Shown here: positions 10,501 through 20,852 of the stretch, piece after piece
Numbering within the stretch: the stretch's first letter is position 1
How the letters are laid out: each line of letters begins with the position of its first letter
IMG/VR virus record: IMGVR_UViG_3300027804_002812
Coordinates: 128,001-192,000 of that record
Length of the DNA: 64,000 nt
Direction: 5' to 3' (one strand)
Source of the DNA: a virus
Taxonomy: Duplodnaviria > Caudoviricetes
The notes under the pieces: generated by a model
Database searches by the model: none
What the model was told of the DNA's origin: nothing
What the model saw: the letters and a program-made list of their open reading frames with translations, nothing else
Position numbers and translations under genes: made by a program

Positions 10501-12072
10501 TTACCCAATTTTACTCATCAAATCTTTCATTCTTAAGAATTGAGGATTCTCATAAGTTTTTGATTCAATTAGGGTAGTTGATGAACCTGTAGAAACACTC
10601 TTGTTTAATTTAGTTTCCACTGATTCGTTAATTGGTGTACTTTCAGTTTTAGACAATTCGTCTTTAATCGACTTATAAAGATTTTTAGATTCTTTCAAAG
10701 TATCTACATTATCAAATCTTCTAAGAATGTTAATTTTTTCTTTTTTAGTAGTCGAATGTTCAGTGAATAATCTTGTAGCATATGCCAAGTTTGAATTGAA
10801 GATAGCAACCTCATTAAGTTTTTCTCTGAAAACATTTAATGCTTTTCTGTATTCTTCATTTTTCTCTCTTAACGTTGCAACTTCTGATTCTGAGGATTCA
10901 ACTTTTACTCCGTTTTTACCATAAACATAATTTCTGTTGTTAGTAATACCTTTTCTAAGTCCTCTTCCTTCTTTTGAACCCATTCCATAAGTTCTAGCAG
11001 CTTCTTTGGTTTCTCTTTTTTCAAAACCTGCGTCATCTCTACGAGCCTTAGTAGTTTTAAGATCTTTTGAAGCAATTTTGCCATGTTTCATTGCCAATCT
11101 TTCATCCTCTTTGTCTTTGTATCCTTGACCTTCTTTTGTTTCTGCCTTAACAACTTTGGATTTTTGTTCCATATTTTCGCCTTTCTTGTATTCGAATTTA
11201 GCCTTTCCTGTTCCCATTGTCTTAGGACCTTCTTTTTTGTCCTCTTTGAACCCACCTGCAGCTTTATCTTTGTAAGTGAATTTAGGTCCAGAACCAATTC
11301 CAACACCTTTAGGTTTTACTGTCGATTTTGCCTCTCTAACAGCTCTTCTATGGTTGTAAGATTCGTCCAAATCTTCTTCTTCGTCTTCATCTTCGTCTTC
11401 TTCCATCATGTCTTCATCTCCTTCCATCATGTCTTCATCTTCTTCCATCATGTCTTCATCTCCTTCCATCATGTCGTCTTCCGAATCAAACTCGATTTCG
11501 TACATAACTTCTTCGTCTTGGTCCATGTCGATATCTTCAACATCTCCGTCTTTTGAGAAAATAGCATTGATTACATCTTCTGTATCAACATCCATTTCAT
11601 CGATTTCATCTACGTTCATAGTTTCATCTAATTCTTCCTCTTCCTCGGACTCACCAAGCTTAACTAAATATTCTGAATCAGTGTCAGCATCGGTTAAGTG
11701 AATGTCTTCACCGTCTTTTTTAACGATAATACCATCTTCTTCACCCATAGCTTTGAACACCTTAAGAATTTCTTCGTCTGAAGCGTCAGTTAAATCTATT
11801 GGACTTTCTTCTGAATCCATATCCATGTCCATATCAAATTCCATGTCCATTTCCATATCATCATCATTATCAACAGGCATATCGGTATCGATATCTGTAT
11901 CTAATTCAATCTCATCTTCCATGTCTTGTTCTGACAGAGATTCTTTTACTAATTGGTTGATTTCTTCCTTCATAGTTGAAGCAAGTATTCCTTTTGCGTT
12001 TTGGGCGATTGCTTCTTCAACATTTCTCATTTGAATCAACGCCTCCTGTACTAAGTTTTTATTTTCTTGCAT
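10501..12072 (-). CDS. prohead core/scaffold protein (gp22-like), very acidic
   Basis: directly upstream of the MCP; D/E-rich; C-terminal coiled coil LNEVAIFNSNLAYATRLF. Confidence 0.8.
   Translation of the reverse strand: MQENKNLVQEALIQMRNVEEAIAQNAKGILASTMKEEINQLVKESLSEQDMEDEIELDTDIDTDMPVDNDDDMEMDMEFDMDMDMDSEESPIDLTDASDEEILKVFKAMGEEDGIIVKKDGEDIHLTDADTDSEYLVKLGESEEEEELDETMNVDEIDEMDVDTEDVINAIFSKDGDVEDIDMDQDEEVMYEIEFDSEDDMMEGDEDMMEEDEDMMEGDEDMMEEDEDEDEEEDLDESYNHRRAVREAKSTVKPKGVGIGSGPKFTYKDKAAGGFKEDKKEGPKTMGTGKAKFEYKKGENMEQKSKVVKAETKEGQGYKDKEDERLAMKHGKIASKDLKTTKARRDDAGFEKRETKEAARTYGMGSKEGRGLRKGITNNRNYVYGKNGVKVESSESEVATLREKNEEYRKALNVFREKLNEVAIFNSNLAYATRLFTEHSTTKKEKINILRRFDNVDTLKESKNLYKSIKDELSKTESTPINESVETKLNKSVSTGSSTTLIESKTYENPQFLRMKDLMSKIG
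11390..11480. repeat. 21-bp coding tandem repeat (DEDMMEG/E, about 4 copies) in the scaffold gene
   Basis: repeated cttccatcatgtcttcatct units. Confidence 0.85.
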
Positions 12073-12195
12073 AGAAAAAAATTGTTTAATTTATCATATA
12101 AATAGTACCAAAACTAAAAAAATTCATTTTACGATAGCCCCAAAATAAAAAAAGTGGCCGATTGACCACTTTCTTTGTTTCAGTTTGATTATTGA

Positions 12196-12405
12196 TTACT
12201 CAATTACTTCGTCGATTTTACTTTCAGATACTGCAGTGATTCTCCAATCATGAGTGAATCCTTCATATTTTTTAGTCACCTTAGCTTCCACATCTGTGAC
12301 AGAGTAACCTTTAACCAGTTTCTCTTCTCTAACTTTTTTAATCTTACCTGTGTTTTCATCAGGGAAATCATACTGAATTTTTGCTACAAAATATTTTTCG
12401 TCCAT
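12196..12405 (-). CDS. small protein, DUF4494-like
   Basis: YFVAKIQY...KKVREEKLVKGYSVTDVEAKV pattern. Confidence 0.6.
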   Translation of the reverse strand: MDEKYFVAKIQYDFPDENTGKIKKVREEKLVKGYSVTDVEAKVTKKYEGFTHDWRITAVSESKIDEVIE

Positions 12406-12409
12406 AATT

Positions 12410-13126
12410 TTATTTTCCTAAAAAATCGTCTAATTTTCTCATTAAGTCAACCGACTTTCCAACATAGTCGTTATTTTGTTTAGATTTTATTTCTTCTTCT
12501 AAGTTTTCTTCGTACTTACTTCTATCGTCGGGATTAGAAAATAAATATGCTCCTGGTGTTGATGGAGAAGATACCAAGTCAAAACATATCAGTTCAAAAT
12601 CATCTTGTACTTCATTTCTTTCTCCAACTTTTTTTAATGAACCGACACCTCTTGATGAAATACCTAAGGTCACTCCTTGTCTCATTAAGTTAGCCGCTTG
12701 GTCTCCTTTAGTTGAAACAATACCTCTTTCATGAAACCCTGGAGATGTCAATAATTTGAGTTTTCCCATTAGTATATTTTTATCCCACCATATGTCTGTG
12801 ATGATGTGAGATACTCTGTCTAAGTCTATTAATGATGACTCAGGGTGGTTTAATTCTGATGTGGATAATCCCTTAGAAATTGCTTGCTTATATCTTTCAG
12901 ATTCTCTTTTCAAAATCCTTTCAGGATACGTTCTACCATTTCTATTTGGTGTGTCGTATTTTTGAAGAACCGCATAAAACTCAAATGGATTTCTATAATC
13001 TAAATTGGCGGCCTCTTTCAGAACATCAATATTATGGGTATCTTTTGGAGAAACCCAACCTGCATCCATTTCAATCAATATACCATGGCCAAGTTCGCTT
13101 GCCTCTAAAATTCTTAAATTTTTCAT
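12410..13126 (-). CDS. prohead core protease (T4 gp21-like)
   Basis: NRNGRTYP, ELNHPE (His) and GISSRGVGS (Ser) motifs. Confidence 0.92.
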   Translation of the reverse strand: MKNLRILEASELGHGILIEMDAGWVSPKDTHNIDVLKEAANLDYRNPFEFYAVLQKYDTPNRNGRTYPERILKRESERYKQAISKGLSTSELNHPESSLIDLDRVSHIITDIWWDKNILMGKLKLLTSPGFHERGIVSTKGDQAANLMRQGVTLGISSRGVGSLKKVGERNEVQDDFELICFDLVSSPSTPGAYLFSNPDDRSKYEENLEEEIKSKQNNDYVGKSVDLMRKLDDFLGK

Positions 13127-13165
13127 CTAATCTTTTAAGATAAATATACGGATTTGAATAGTTTG

Positions 13166-13603
13166 TTAGTTTTCGTCTTTTTTAGAAATTGAAAATTCAA
13201 AATATTTGTTTTGAACTACGTTATTTTTGTAGATGGATTTGACTATAGTTTTTATTGATTCTTTTAGTTCATCACACTTGAAATCCATATCACGTAGGGT
13301 ATATAGATTGATTTCCAAATTAAAAAATGATTTTTTCCCTTTAGATATTCCACTTGTCCGAAGGTCCAAATCAACAATATTTTTTTCTTGAAAAATTTTG
13401 CAATCTATTGATTCATAAACGGAATTTTTTATTTCTCGTCCCAAACCTGAGACAACTCGGTTCCAATTATCTAACTCTTCTTTTGGTGTGACCCACGATT
13501 GGATGTTTATGTAAACTGATTTTAAGTTTTTGGAATCTACTGTCCCATACTGTGACTTTATAGGATTGAACAGGTTAAGTTTGACACTTTTTCCTTTTTT
13601 CAT
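13166..13603 (-). CDS. hypothetical protein
   Basis: 145-aa ORF in the head module. Confidence 0.75.
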   Translation of the reverse strand: MKKGKSVKLNLFNPIKSQYGTVDSKNLKSVYINIQSWVTPKEELDNWNRVVSGLGREIKNSVYESIDCKIFQEKNIVDLDLRTSGISKGKKSFFNLEINLYTLRDMDFKCDELKESIKTIVKSIYKNNVVQNKYFEFSISKKDEN

Positions 13604-13635
13604 TAATAATGATATTATGTATGTTTATTGATGAA

Positions 13636-13664
13636 ATAATATACATAATATGTATGATTGTCAA
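13636..13664 (-). promoter_or_regulatory. sigma70-type promoter with a palindrome in its spacer
   Basis: TTGACA-N17-TATTAT on the minus strand; ATACATA-A-TATGTAT at 13641-13655. Confidence 0.55.
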
Positions 13665-13696
13665 AATTTTTTTATATTTATAGATATTTCTAATAT

Positions 13697-13888
13697 ATGA
13701 TAATAATAAAAATCACCCAGGGTAATCCTCTTGAGAAAGCTCTCAAGACCCTAAAGTCAAAAGTAATTAAAACAAAACAAAATCAGATTTTATTTGATAG
13801 AAAGCAATATACAAAAAAATCTGTACTTAGAAGAGCACAGATTCTGAAGGCAAAACATATTCAAAGTCTCAAAGACCAATCAAATTGA
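13697..13888 (+). CDS. rpsU: 30S ribosomal protein bS21 (Bacteroidota type)
   Basis: MIIIKI..G..LEKALKTLKSK...RKQYTKKSVLRRAQILKA; antisense within the head module. Confidence 0.88.
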   Translation: MIIIKITQGNPLEKALKTLKSKVIKTKQNQILFDRKQYTKKSVLRRAQILKAKHIQSLKDQSN

Positions 13889-14578
13889 TTCTTCCAAATT
13901 TTTTAACTTCAAAAAGTTTAATTGGTCGAATTTCTCAGATTTAATTTTGTTAATCGTTTCTGAAATTTTTGTTTTCATGTCCTGAGAATCTTCGTTGTTT
14001 TGAATCTCGGTTAGTTTGGATATCGTACTTTCTCTTAATGTTTCAAATTTAGTTTCCAAAGTTTTAGTGTCTTCAGAAACTATTTGAAAAAATTCTTTTT
14101 TAGAATTTTCATCTAAATTAAGTATATAGTTATTGACGGTTTGGTTTGCCACCGCAACCATAGAACTAATTGGGATATTTATACTTTCCTTAATAGATTC
14201 TTTTGTAGAAGTAATAACTTTCAAAATATTTTTCTTTGCTTTAACTCTTTCGAGTAAATCCACTCCTTGTGTGTAAACTAAGGTATCAATATCGGAATAA
14301 CTGTTTTCAGTTTTTTCGGAAAGTGTGATTGGAAGTTTAATACTTGGCAAAACTTTGTTTAATAGATTAATCCCTTCTTCAATAAAATATTTTGCATCCT
14401 GTTCACTTAACCCTTGGGGTGAACTCAGTTGATCATATATCGCATATGCTTTAGACATAGCTTTATTATTCAAAACGTTGTGTTTGAATTCTCGTAAAGT
14501 CTTCTTGAATTCTATTTCATTTTTGTAGGATTCCAAGAGATTTTTTTCAATTAGGGATTTTACTGTTCCGAAGGTCAT
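13880..14578 (-). CDS. hypothetical protein
   Basis: 232-aa ORF after the portal gene; TATTTAT upstream. Confidence 0.75.
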   Translation of the reverse strand: MTFGTVKSLIEKNLLESYKNEIEFKKTLREFKHNVLNNKAMSKAYAIYDQLSSPQGLSEQDAKYFIEEGINLLNKVLPSIKLPITLSEKTENSYSDIDTLVYTQGVDLLERVKAKKNILKVITSTKESIKESINIPISSMVAVANQTVNNYILNLDENSKKEFFQIVSEDTKTLETKFETLRESTISKLTEIQNNEDSQDMKTKISETINKIKSEKFDQLNFLKLKNLEESI

Positions 14579-14599
14579 TGTGTCTTTTTCAAATAAATA

Positions 14600-16453
14600 T
14601 TATGAATTTAATAACTTATTCAACTCTTTTGAAATTTCTACCAAAGAATCTTGTGCCTGACCCAAATTTATTATCTGTGACCCTTCGATTAAATTATTTT
14701 CTACTAAAATGTTAAGGTCTTTTTTTGTTGATTCAGGTGTTACTTCTGCGGGTGGAGCTTCTTCTGCTCCTCCTCCTGCCGGTGGAGTTTCCGTTCCTAA
14801 ATCGAGACCCGACGGTTCTGACCCGAATGATGGTGGTGACGCCAATTCTTCTCCTCCATCCATAGTTGTTTCCGCCCCAGCAGTTGGAGTTGAACCTGTT
14901 TGACTACCATACAATTTGTCGATATTATCAAACAAACCTGTTTTGGTTATCACAGTTGGAGTTGCTTTAAGTTCTTCTCCAACCGCTCTTTCGATTCTTT
15001 GTTGTTGTAGGTCTAAACGAACTTCATCATCAGACCAACCAAATATGTGTTTCTTAGCCCATGTAGATGAAGTTGCCTGTATTCCATTTCCTGGATCGGC
15101 AACCAAATCCTTGTATAATAATACCTTTTCTTTCCAAACATCAATCTTCAGCAAATCTGCTTGAGTTGATGGGTTTGTTAATCCAAGTGTAAAATTGGAT
15201 AATTCATCTTCGAATCCTAATAAAAATAAATGTACAATGGCAATTTTATTAAGTTCTGCCAACATACTTTTTTGGATTCTATTAATTGTACGAGCAAATC
15301 TAATGTCTTGTAACGCCAAGTTTTTACCATCGCCTACCACTTCTTCAAAACCCAAGAATGCTTTTGGTACTCGTAGAGCAGTTAACAATTTCTTCTGAAT
15401 GTATTCAATGTCGGCAATTTCAGATAAGTTAGTTGCACCTGGCAAAGTATCGATAGGTGTTGGTGCTGCAGGATCTCTTACAGGTATGAAATAATCTTGG
15501 TCAACCGCCATTTGATTGAATCTCATGTCGACATTACCTGTTTTACTATCAACAACTTGCTCTCTTTTGAATTTGTTTGCAACACGTTGTACATATGCTT
15601 CGACATCATCGTCGTTCATGTTACCCACAAAAACTTTGAATATTCTTCTCTCAGGTGCTCTCGAAGTTCTATATATTAACATAGCATCTTCACAAAGGAG
15701 TAATTGTTTCCAAATACGTCTTGCTTTTTCCAACATTGATGTTCCATAAGGAAGTTTTCTATCATCACCCAATAATCTGAAGTGAGCCATCTCCCAAGAT
15801 TGAAACTCCATGTTTTTATTTTTCCATGTAAAGTGTAATGCTTTTCTGTCTTTATCAACTTCATTTTTAACATCAACAGATATTTTACCACTGGCACCAA
15901 CTTCATGTCTTTCAATTTCTATGGTTGGTAATTGTTGACATCCAACAATTCCTTTCTCAGGGTCTAATTTAAGATACACGAAATTGTCTCCATATTTACA
16001 GGTATTCCGTGTCCACATTGGAAGATTGGTATTAACATCTAAAGCATTGTTAAACAAATCGGCTAATACCCCCTTTATTCTTTTTGATTCAGAATAAATT
16101 TGTAATATGAATCCATCTTCATTTGTTGTAGTGGATTCTTCAGCATAAATGTCTAATGCCGCAGAAATCTCAGGAGTGTATTCCATTGATTCATAATCAT
16201 ATTGGGCAGATAATCTTGTTGGTTCATAATAAATTGCTTGAGAATAAAGATTATTCTCAACTTTAGCCCATTGATTGGTAAGATAATATGTTTGTTGTGC
16301 TTGGAGTTTTTCTTTCTCGTATTCCTCTCTACTTTTGGTTCGCAGGAGTTCCTTTTTATCAAACTTGAATGTTGGATAATCTTGATTGAGAAGTGAATTC
16401 GGTCCAAATGTTTGTGACAATCTTTGCCAAACTGTCATATTTTGTTCTGCCAT
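14600..16453 (-). CDS. portal vertex protein (T4 gp20-like)
   Basis: YESMEYTPEISAALDIYAEE; EDAMLIYRTSRAPERRIF; DIEYIQKKLLTALRVP. Confidence 0.93.
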   Translation of the reverse strand: MAEQNMTVWQRLSQTFGPNSLLNQDYPTFKFDKKELLRTKSREEYEKEKLQAQQTYYLTNQWAKVENNLYSQAIYYEPTRLSAQYDYESMEYTPEISAALDIYAEESTTTNEDGFILQIYSESKRIKGVLADLFNNALDVNTNLPMWTRNTCKYGDNFVYLKLDPEKGIVGCQQLPTIEIERHEVGASGKISVDVKNEVDKDRKALHFTWKNKNMEFQSWEMAHFRLLGDDRKLPYGTSMLEKARRIWKQLLLCEDAMLIYRTSRAPERRIFKVFVGNMNDDDVEAYVQRVANKFKREQVVDSKTGNVDMRFNQMAVDQDYFIPVRDPAAPTPIDTLPGATNLSEIADIEYIQKKLLTALRVPKAFLGFEEVVGDGKNLALQDIRFARTINRIQKSMLAELNKIAIVHLFLLGFEDELSNFTLGLTNPSTQADLLKIDVWKEKVLLYKDLVADPGNGIQATSSTWAKKHIFGWSDDEVRLDLQQQRIERAVGEELKATPTVITKTGLFDNIDKLYGSQTGSTPTAGAETTMDGGEELASPPSFGSEPSGLDLGTETPPAGGGAEEAPPAEVTPESTKKDLNILVENNLIEGSQIINLGQAQDSLVEISKELNKLLNS

Positions 16454-16489
16454 ACGTAATGTTACTATTTACCCTGATAATATAAATAG

Positions 16490-18250
16490 TTATTTAGCAC
16501 CAAATAACCAACCATATTTTTGATAATCTGCTTTACTAGCACCATTATTATTTAGGTTTGGGTCTCTACCCATTTGAGGTACCATTGGATTAAAAAATTC
16601 TGAAGTATTTTTATTCTCATTCACAACTGATGCCCATGAATTTAACATTGCCTTAGTATGGTTAACAACTTTTGTTAATGATTGAAATGATTTTTCTGCA
16701 ATATAAATTGCCATTGATAATCCCATAATACAGTCATCATGTTGACCTTTTTGGTGATCAGGTCTTCCATTTATATAGACGAAGGTATTCATCTCGTTAT
16801 ATGTCCTATGAGAATATATTTTGAATCCATGTCTAACACCTTCTTCAAATGCGGCAATAATTTGAACTCTTTTAGTATTGAAGTTAATTCCAGGAATTCT
16901 GTCATTTATCTTTGGATCCCACTTCCACTTATTAGATGTGTCAACCCCATCAACATAAAGTCCTGGTTGGTATTGTAATTCTTGCATTTTTCTTGCAGTC
17001 GAAACTCCCATACCACCAGTTATATCAATTACACAAAATGCATTGTACATTGTTCCCCATTTATATGCAATCTCAGCTAATACATCTGGAGGAATTTTTC
17101 CAACGTATTCTAATACTTGTTCTCGTTCATTAAAGTCAATAATTTGTATGGATGAAAAATCTTCTGAATCACCACGAGAAACGTCAACACCCATTACATA
17201 CTTGTGACCATTTACAGGTTCCTTGAAAATCCATAAAGCATTACCCATAAGTTTTGCTTGGGGTGTTTGTAATTGATTTTTAGCAATGTTCTGCATCAAA
17301 TCAGAATCGAATACGTTATCACCCGACCCCAAGAAATTACATTCCAATTCTTGAGCAACTTTACGTCGGTCATACTTAAGTTTCTTTACCATCCCCTCGA
17401 ACCATGATGAACAAGGTTTGTAACCCTTTTCAATATAATCCGTAACTATGCCATGGTCTCTTTCGTATGGACTATCTGTACTTAAATCAATAACGGTATC
17501 TATTGGATAATCTTCTCTGTTGAGTAAATAATGAACCAAATCATTTGTTTTGACCATATACAAATCCTTTGTATATCTAGGGTCTCTGTACCAAAACATT
17601 TCTGAGATTTTGAAATCATTCATACCTCTTAATGCTTGGTCGTAGATTTCATAATAGATTGGGTCGTATCCGTTTGGAGTTGATACCACAATAACTTTAC
17701 CACCTGTAGATAGTGATGCCATACAAGCTGACCAGAAGTCACCATCAGCCTCGATAAATGCCGCTTCATCAAAAATAAGAATAGTAGGAGTATAACCTCT
17801 CAACGCATCTTTAGATGTTGCAACAGATTTTACTTCACATCCATTATTGAGTTTGAAATGTCTTTGAGAATTTTTTTCAGCAGAAAATGCTATCCCCACC
17901 CAAGCAGGCCACTGTTCAATGAATCCCCTAATCTTATTTGCCATTTCAACTGAGGTATCCAATTTGTTGGCAATGATTAGAATCTTTTCAGGTTTTTCCT
18001 TTCTAGCAAAGGCGAGTTTTTTTGAAGACCAAGCGGCGGTCACGGTTGACACACCTGCTTGTCTATATTTTAAGGCAATATTTTCGTTGTATTTTTCGTA
18101 GTCCTCGAGTAGTGAAACTTGGTCGGGAAAAAGTTCTAACGGAACATACTTTGAAACTGTATTATCGTATGTCTGTAAATAAGTACGAAGTGCATAAGGG
18201 GTATTCCTCATACACTTCGTATATTCTATAATTAATTGTTCTTTATTCAC
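16490..18250 (-). CDS. terminase large subunit (T4 gp17-like)
   Basis: KYRQAGVST Walker A, IFDEAAF Walker B, VSTPNG, GVDVSRGDSEDFS nuclease, HDDCIM. Confidence 0.95.
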   Translation of the reverse strand: MNKEQLIIEYTKCMRNTPYALRTYLQTYDNTVSKYVPLELFPDQVSLLEDYEKYNENIALKYRQAGVSTVTAAWSSKKLAFARKEKPEKILIIANKLDTSVEMANKIRGFIEQWPAWVGIAFSAEKNSQRHFKLNNGCEVKSVATSKDALRGYTPTILIFDEAAFIEADGDFWSACMASLSTGGKVIVVSTPNGYDPIYYEIYDQALRGMNDFKISEMFWYRDPRYTKDLYMVKTNDLVHYLLNREDYPIDTVIDLSTDSPYERDHGIVTDYIEKGYKPCSSWFEGMVKKLKYDRRKVAQELECNFLGSGDNVFDSDLMQNIAKNQLQTPQAKLMGNALWIFKEPVNGHKYVMGVDVSRGDSEDFSSIQIIDFNEREQVLEYVGKIPPDVLAEIAYKWGTMYNAFCVIDITGGMGVSTARKMQELQYQPGLYVDGVDTSNKWKWDPKINDRIPGINFNTKRVQIIAAFEEGVRHGFKIYSHRTYNEMNTFVYINGRPDHQKGQHDDCIMGLSMAIYIAEKSFQSLTKVVNHTKAMLNSWASVVNENKNTSEFFNPMVPQMGRDPNLNNNGASKADYQKYGWLFGAK

Positions 18251-18273
18251 AAAATAAAATCATATTCTGATTT

Positions 18274-19548
18274 TTATGGTCTTGGGATTCCCAAATCTCT
18301 ATAAAGTTGGTCTAAATCATCATCTTCATCTTCAGATCCTTCTTCTCCTTTGAAATCATCATACTCACTCTTCGACTGTTGAGCTTGTTTCATAATTTCT
18401 TTGAATTTTGCAGTCGCCTTCCTTACTTTTGATTCATCTTCCGAAATTGCATTACCAATGATATCTAAAAATTCTTTAGCTTCTGTCTTGTAAAGAATTG
18501 AATAAAACCAAGGTACCAATCCTTTGTTCACATCGTCAAACATTTCGTCAGGTAATGCAAACCTTAATTTTTCAACAATTTCAGGACCAATTCTAAGTTG
18601 CATCGGTTCGTTTGATAAAACATCCGTTACTCCTCTAACTTGTTGAGACATTTCCGGATCTTCAGGTAATCCGTGTCTTGCAATAGATTCCTCTAACCCT
18701 TTGATTATTTCATGACACAAAATTGGGAATATTAAACCTTCCGCAACAATTTTTGTATCTGGTTCATCTTCACCGTCGCCACCTTCTTCTTCGTCTTCAT
18801 CTTTATTTTCTAACTTAACTTTTCCAGCAACACCATTTCCTGTTTGAGACATCATTTCAATCATTTGTTCCATAGAAAAATACATGAAGTCATTGATTGA
18901 CATAATTTTCAAATACGCGGGATATAATTGTGGATCAATTTCATCCAACCTTTCTTTAATTTCAGGTTTTTGAAAAATATAATGTCCCTTTTTTGCGGCT
19001 CCTTGAACAAGAGCGTTAATCATATTTCTTTTATGAATCTCCAGTTCCATCACTTCTTCGTCAGTTAGGTTTTCAACGTCAAAAGAAGGAATTTCAGGTG
19101 TCTCTTTATCTTCCTTTTTCTTTGGTTTAGTAGCTTGCATTCTGAAATCCGAAATATTGATAGGAGCTCTATTCAATAATGCCTCAATCGTAAACCAATC
19201 TGCAGGAACTTGAGTTTCTTCTAAACATGCATCAATTGCAAGTTGTTCTAATTCTTCTCTATGTCTTCCTTCAATTCTTGTTATTCCTGGAACTTTGCTC
19301 ATCATTTCTTGAAAAAGCATTCCTTGAACTTGTTGAGAGCTAATATCCTGTACTCCAGTCACTTGTTTTAACTTATCGGCAACTTTTCCGAATCTTGAAC
19401 TTACCAATCTTTGAACATCCGCAGCCCCCTTTCTCATTGCAGGATTTTTTGCATACAAACTTTCAGGACTTCCCAATTTTCGTTCTAATCTTGGGTCCAT
19501 TCTTTCGGGTCTATCCCCGTAATTTATTTGTTCTTTAATCTTCGCCAT
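18274..19548 (-). CDS. hypothetical protein (head module)
   Basis: 424-aa ORF co-oriented with terL. Confidence 0.75.
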   Translation of the reverse strand: MAKIKEQINYGDRPERMDPRLERKLGSPESLYAKNPAMRKGAADVQRLVSSRFGKVADKLKQVTGVQDISSQQVQGMLFQEMMSKVPGITRIEGRHREELEQLAIDACLEETQVPADWFTIEALLNRAPINISDFRMQATKPKKKEDKETPEIPSFDVENLTDEEVMELEIHKRNMINALVQGAAKKGHYIFQKPEIKERLDEIDPQLYPAYLKIMSINDFMYFSMEQMIEMMSQTGNGVAGKVKLENKDEDEEEGGDGEDEPDTKIVAEGLIFPILCHEIIKGLEESIARHGLPEDPEMSQQVRGVTDVLSNEPMQLRIGPEIVEKLRFALPDEMFDDVNKGLVPWFYSILYKTEAKEFLDIIGNAISEDESKVRKATAKFKEIMKQAQQSKSEYDDFKGEEGSEDEDDDLDQLYRDLGIPRP

Positions 19549-19552
19549 TTTA

Positions 19553-20467
19553 TTATTTCAATAAATTTAAGATAACATCAATTACTTCTTGTTTTGCATC
19601 TTCAGGAGATATTCTTCCTGCTTTAGGATCAATTTGTTCTCCTGGTCTCGGATTTTTTCCGGGATGAGAAGGTCTTGTTCTTGGTTTCGTGTCAGGTTTA
19701 GTAATTGGTTTAGTTGGTGCTGTAGTTGGTTCACCAGCTTTTGGGTCAATTTGTTCTCCCGGTCTTGGATTTTTGCCAGGGTGTGATGGTCTTGTCCGAG
19801 GTTTTGTGTCGGGTTTAGTAGTAGGTTTGACAGGTGCGGTCAATGGTGCGTTTGCTTCTGAAAGGTATTTCAATAAGTCACCCTTAGTAATTCTCGGAGG
19901 TAAGTTTCTTTCCACAATTTTTGTAATTTCTGATTCAATAAACAAAGATACAGGATTTTTTCCTTCTTCCAATTGTTTTTTTACAGATTTTACGCATCTT
20001 TCGAATTTTCTTGTTTTTTTAGGACCAACCTGTGCATGGCATATTGCCCATGGATTTGGTTGACCTGGCTTAAGGTCTGCTTCACTTTCAAACATCCCCA
20101 TACCATCAGTTTCATCACCAAATCCATCATCTGATGAAGGACCCACTTGTTTTGGGTCTTGAGTTTCAATTTCTTTATTTGGGTCGGTAGTTACTTCTAC
20201 ATCTTCATCCATTTCTCCTTCAGTAGTAACTGATATACTTCCATCAGCATTAACTTTAACCGCTTTACCTCCAGGAATAGATTGTCCTTTGGCTTTCATT
20301 GTTTGTACTTCACTTGAAGAATAAGTTCTTTGTTTAGTAATCGTATCAGTTGCTTCAGATATTAATCTACTATGTAGAATATTAATTTGGGATTCTGTCA
20401 ATTTACCAACCGTTTTTGCAGATAATCCTTTTTCAATTAATTCGAGTGCCTTATTATTAATTTTCAT
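19553..20467 (-). CDS. hypothetical protein with a duplicated Pro/Lys/Thr-rich unit
   Basis: KPDTKPRTRPSHPGKNPRPGEQIDPKAG occurs twice. Confidence 0.75.
   Translation of the reverse strand: MKINNKALELIEKGLSAKTVGKLTESQINILHSRLISEATDTITKQRTYSSSEVQTMKAKGQSIPGGKAVKVNADGSISVTTEGEMDEDVEVTTDPNKEIETQDPKQVGPSSDDGFGDETDGMGMFESEADLKPGQPNPWAICHAQVGPKKTRKFERCVKSVKKQLEEGKNPVSLFIESEITKIVERNLPPRITKGDLLKYLSEANAPLTAPVKPTTKPDTKPRTRPSHPGKNPRPGEQIDPKAGEPTTAPTKPITKPDTKPRTRPSHPGKNPRPGEQIDPKAGRISPEDAKQEVIDVILNLLK
19620..19830. repeat. two-copy coding direct repeat (period about 117 bp)
   Basis: synonymously diverged copies encoding the same peptide. Confidence 0.8.
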
Positions 20468-20852
20468 AAACTACTTTTTTTTCGAATTCTAATATCAAAT
20501 CTCTTTCGTAGAGTTTGTCTTTTATTTGTTGTTCGGACATTCCAAATCTAAAAACCATTCTTTTGTGATTTTCATACTCGTCTGTTTCCCAGGCTAATGC
20601 GACCACATCATCGATTGCATCTTCCATAGAAAAAAAATCGGAGTTCTGAATCAATTCCAATTTTACATCAGTATTTCTCAGAACTCCTACTTTTTTAATA
20701 TGATGTAATTCGGGAGGACTTGGATAACCGTTAGCCGGTCTACTTTCCCAAGAATCTCCCCAAACATCAAGACTATCAGAGAAAATGAATTCGTAAAGAT
20801 TGTCTCCCTTATAATTGGGTCCTAAACCATTTACGTATATCAAATAACTCAT
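20457..20852 (-). CDS. hypothetical protein
   Basis: 131-aa ORF overlapping both neighbours. Confidence 0.75.
   Translation of the reverse strand: MSYLIYVNGLGPNYKGDNLYEFIFSDSLDVWGDSWESRPANGYPSPPELHHIKKVGVLRNTDVKLELIQNSDFFSMEDAIDDVVALAWETDEYENHKRMVFRFGMSEQQIKDKLYERDLILEFEKKVVYEN

Noticed and set aside
11390-11480. 21-bp repeat considered as a CRISPR array
   Set aside because: No unique spacers; it is an in-frame coding repeat
10727-12034. Several + strand ORFs (F- or S-rich) over the scaffold gene
   Set aside because: Antisense shadows of the acidic low-complexity minus-strand gene
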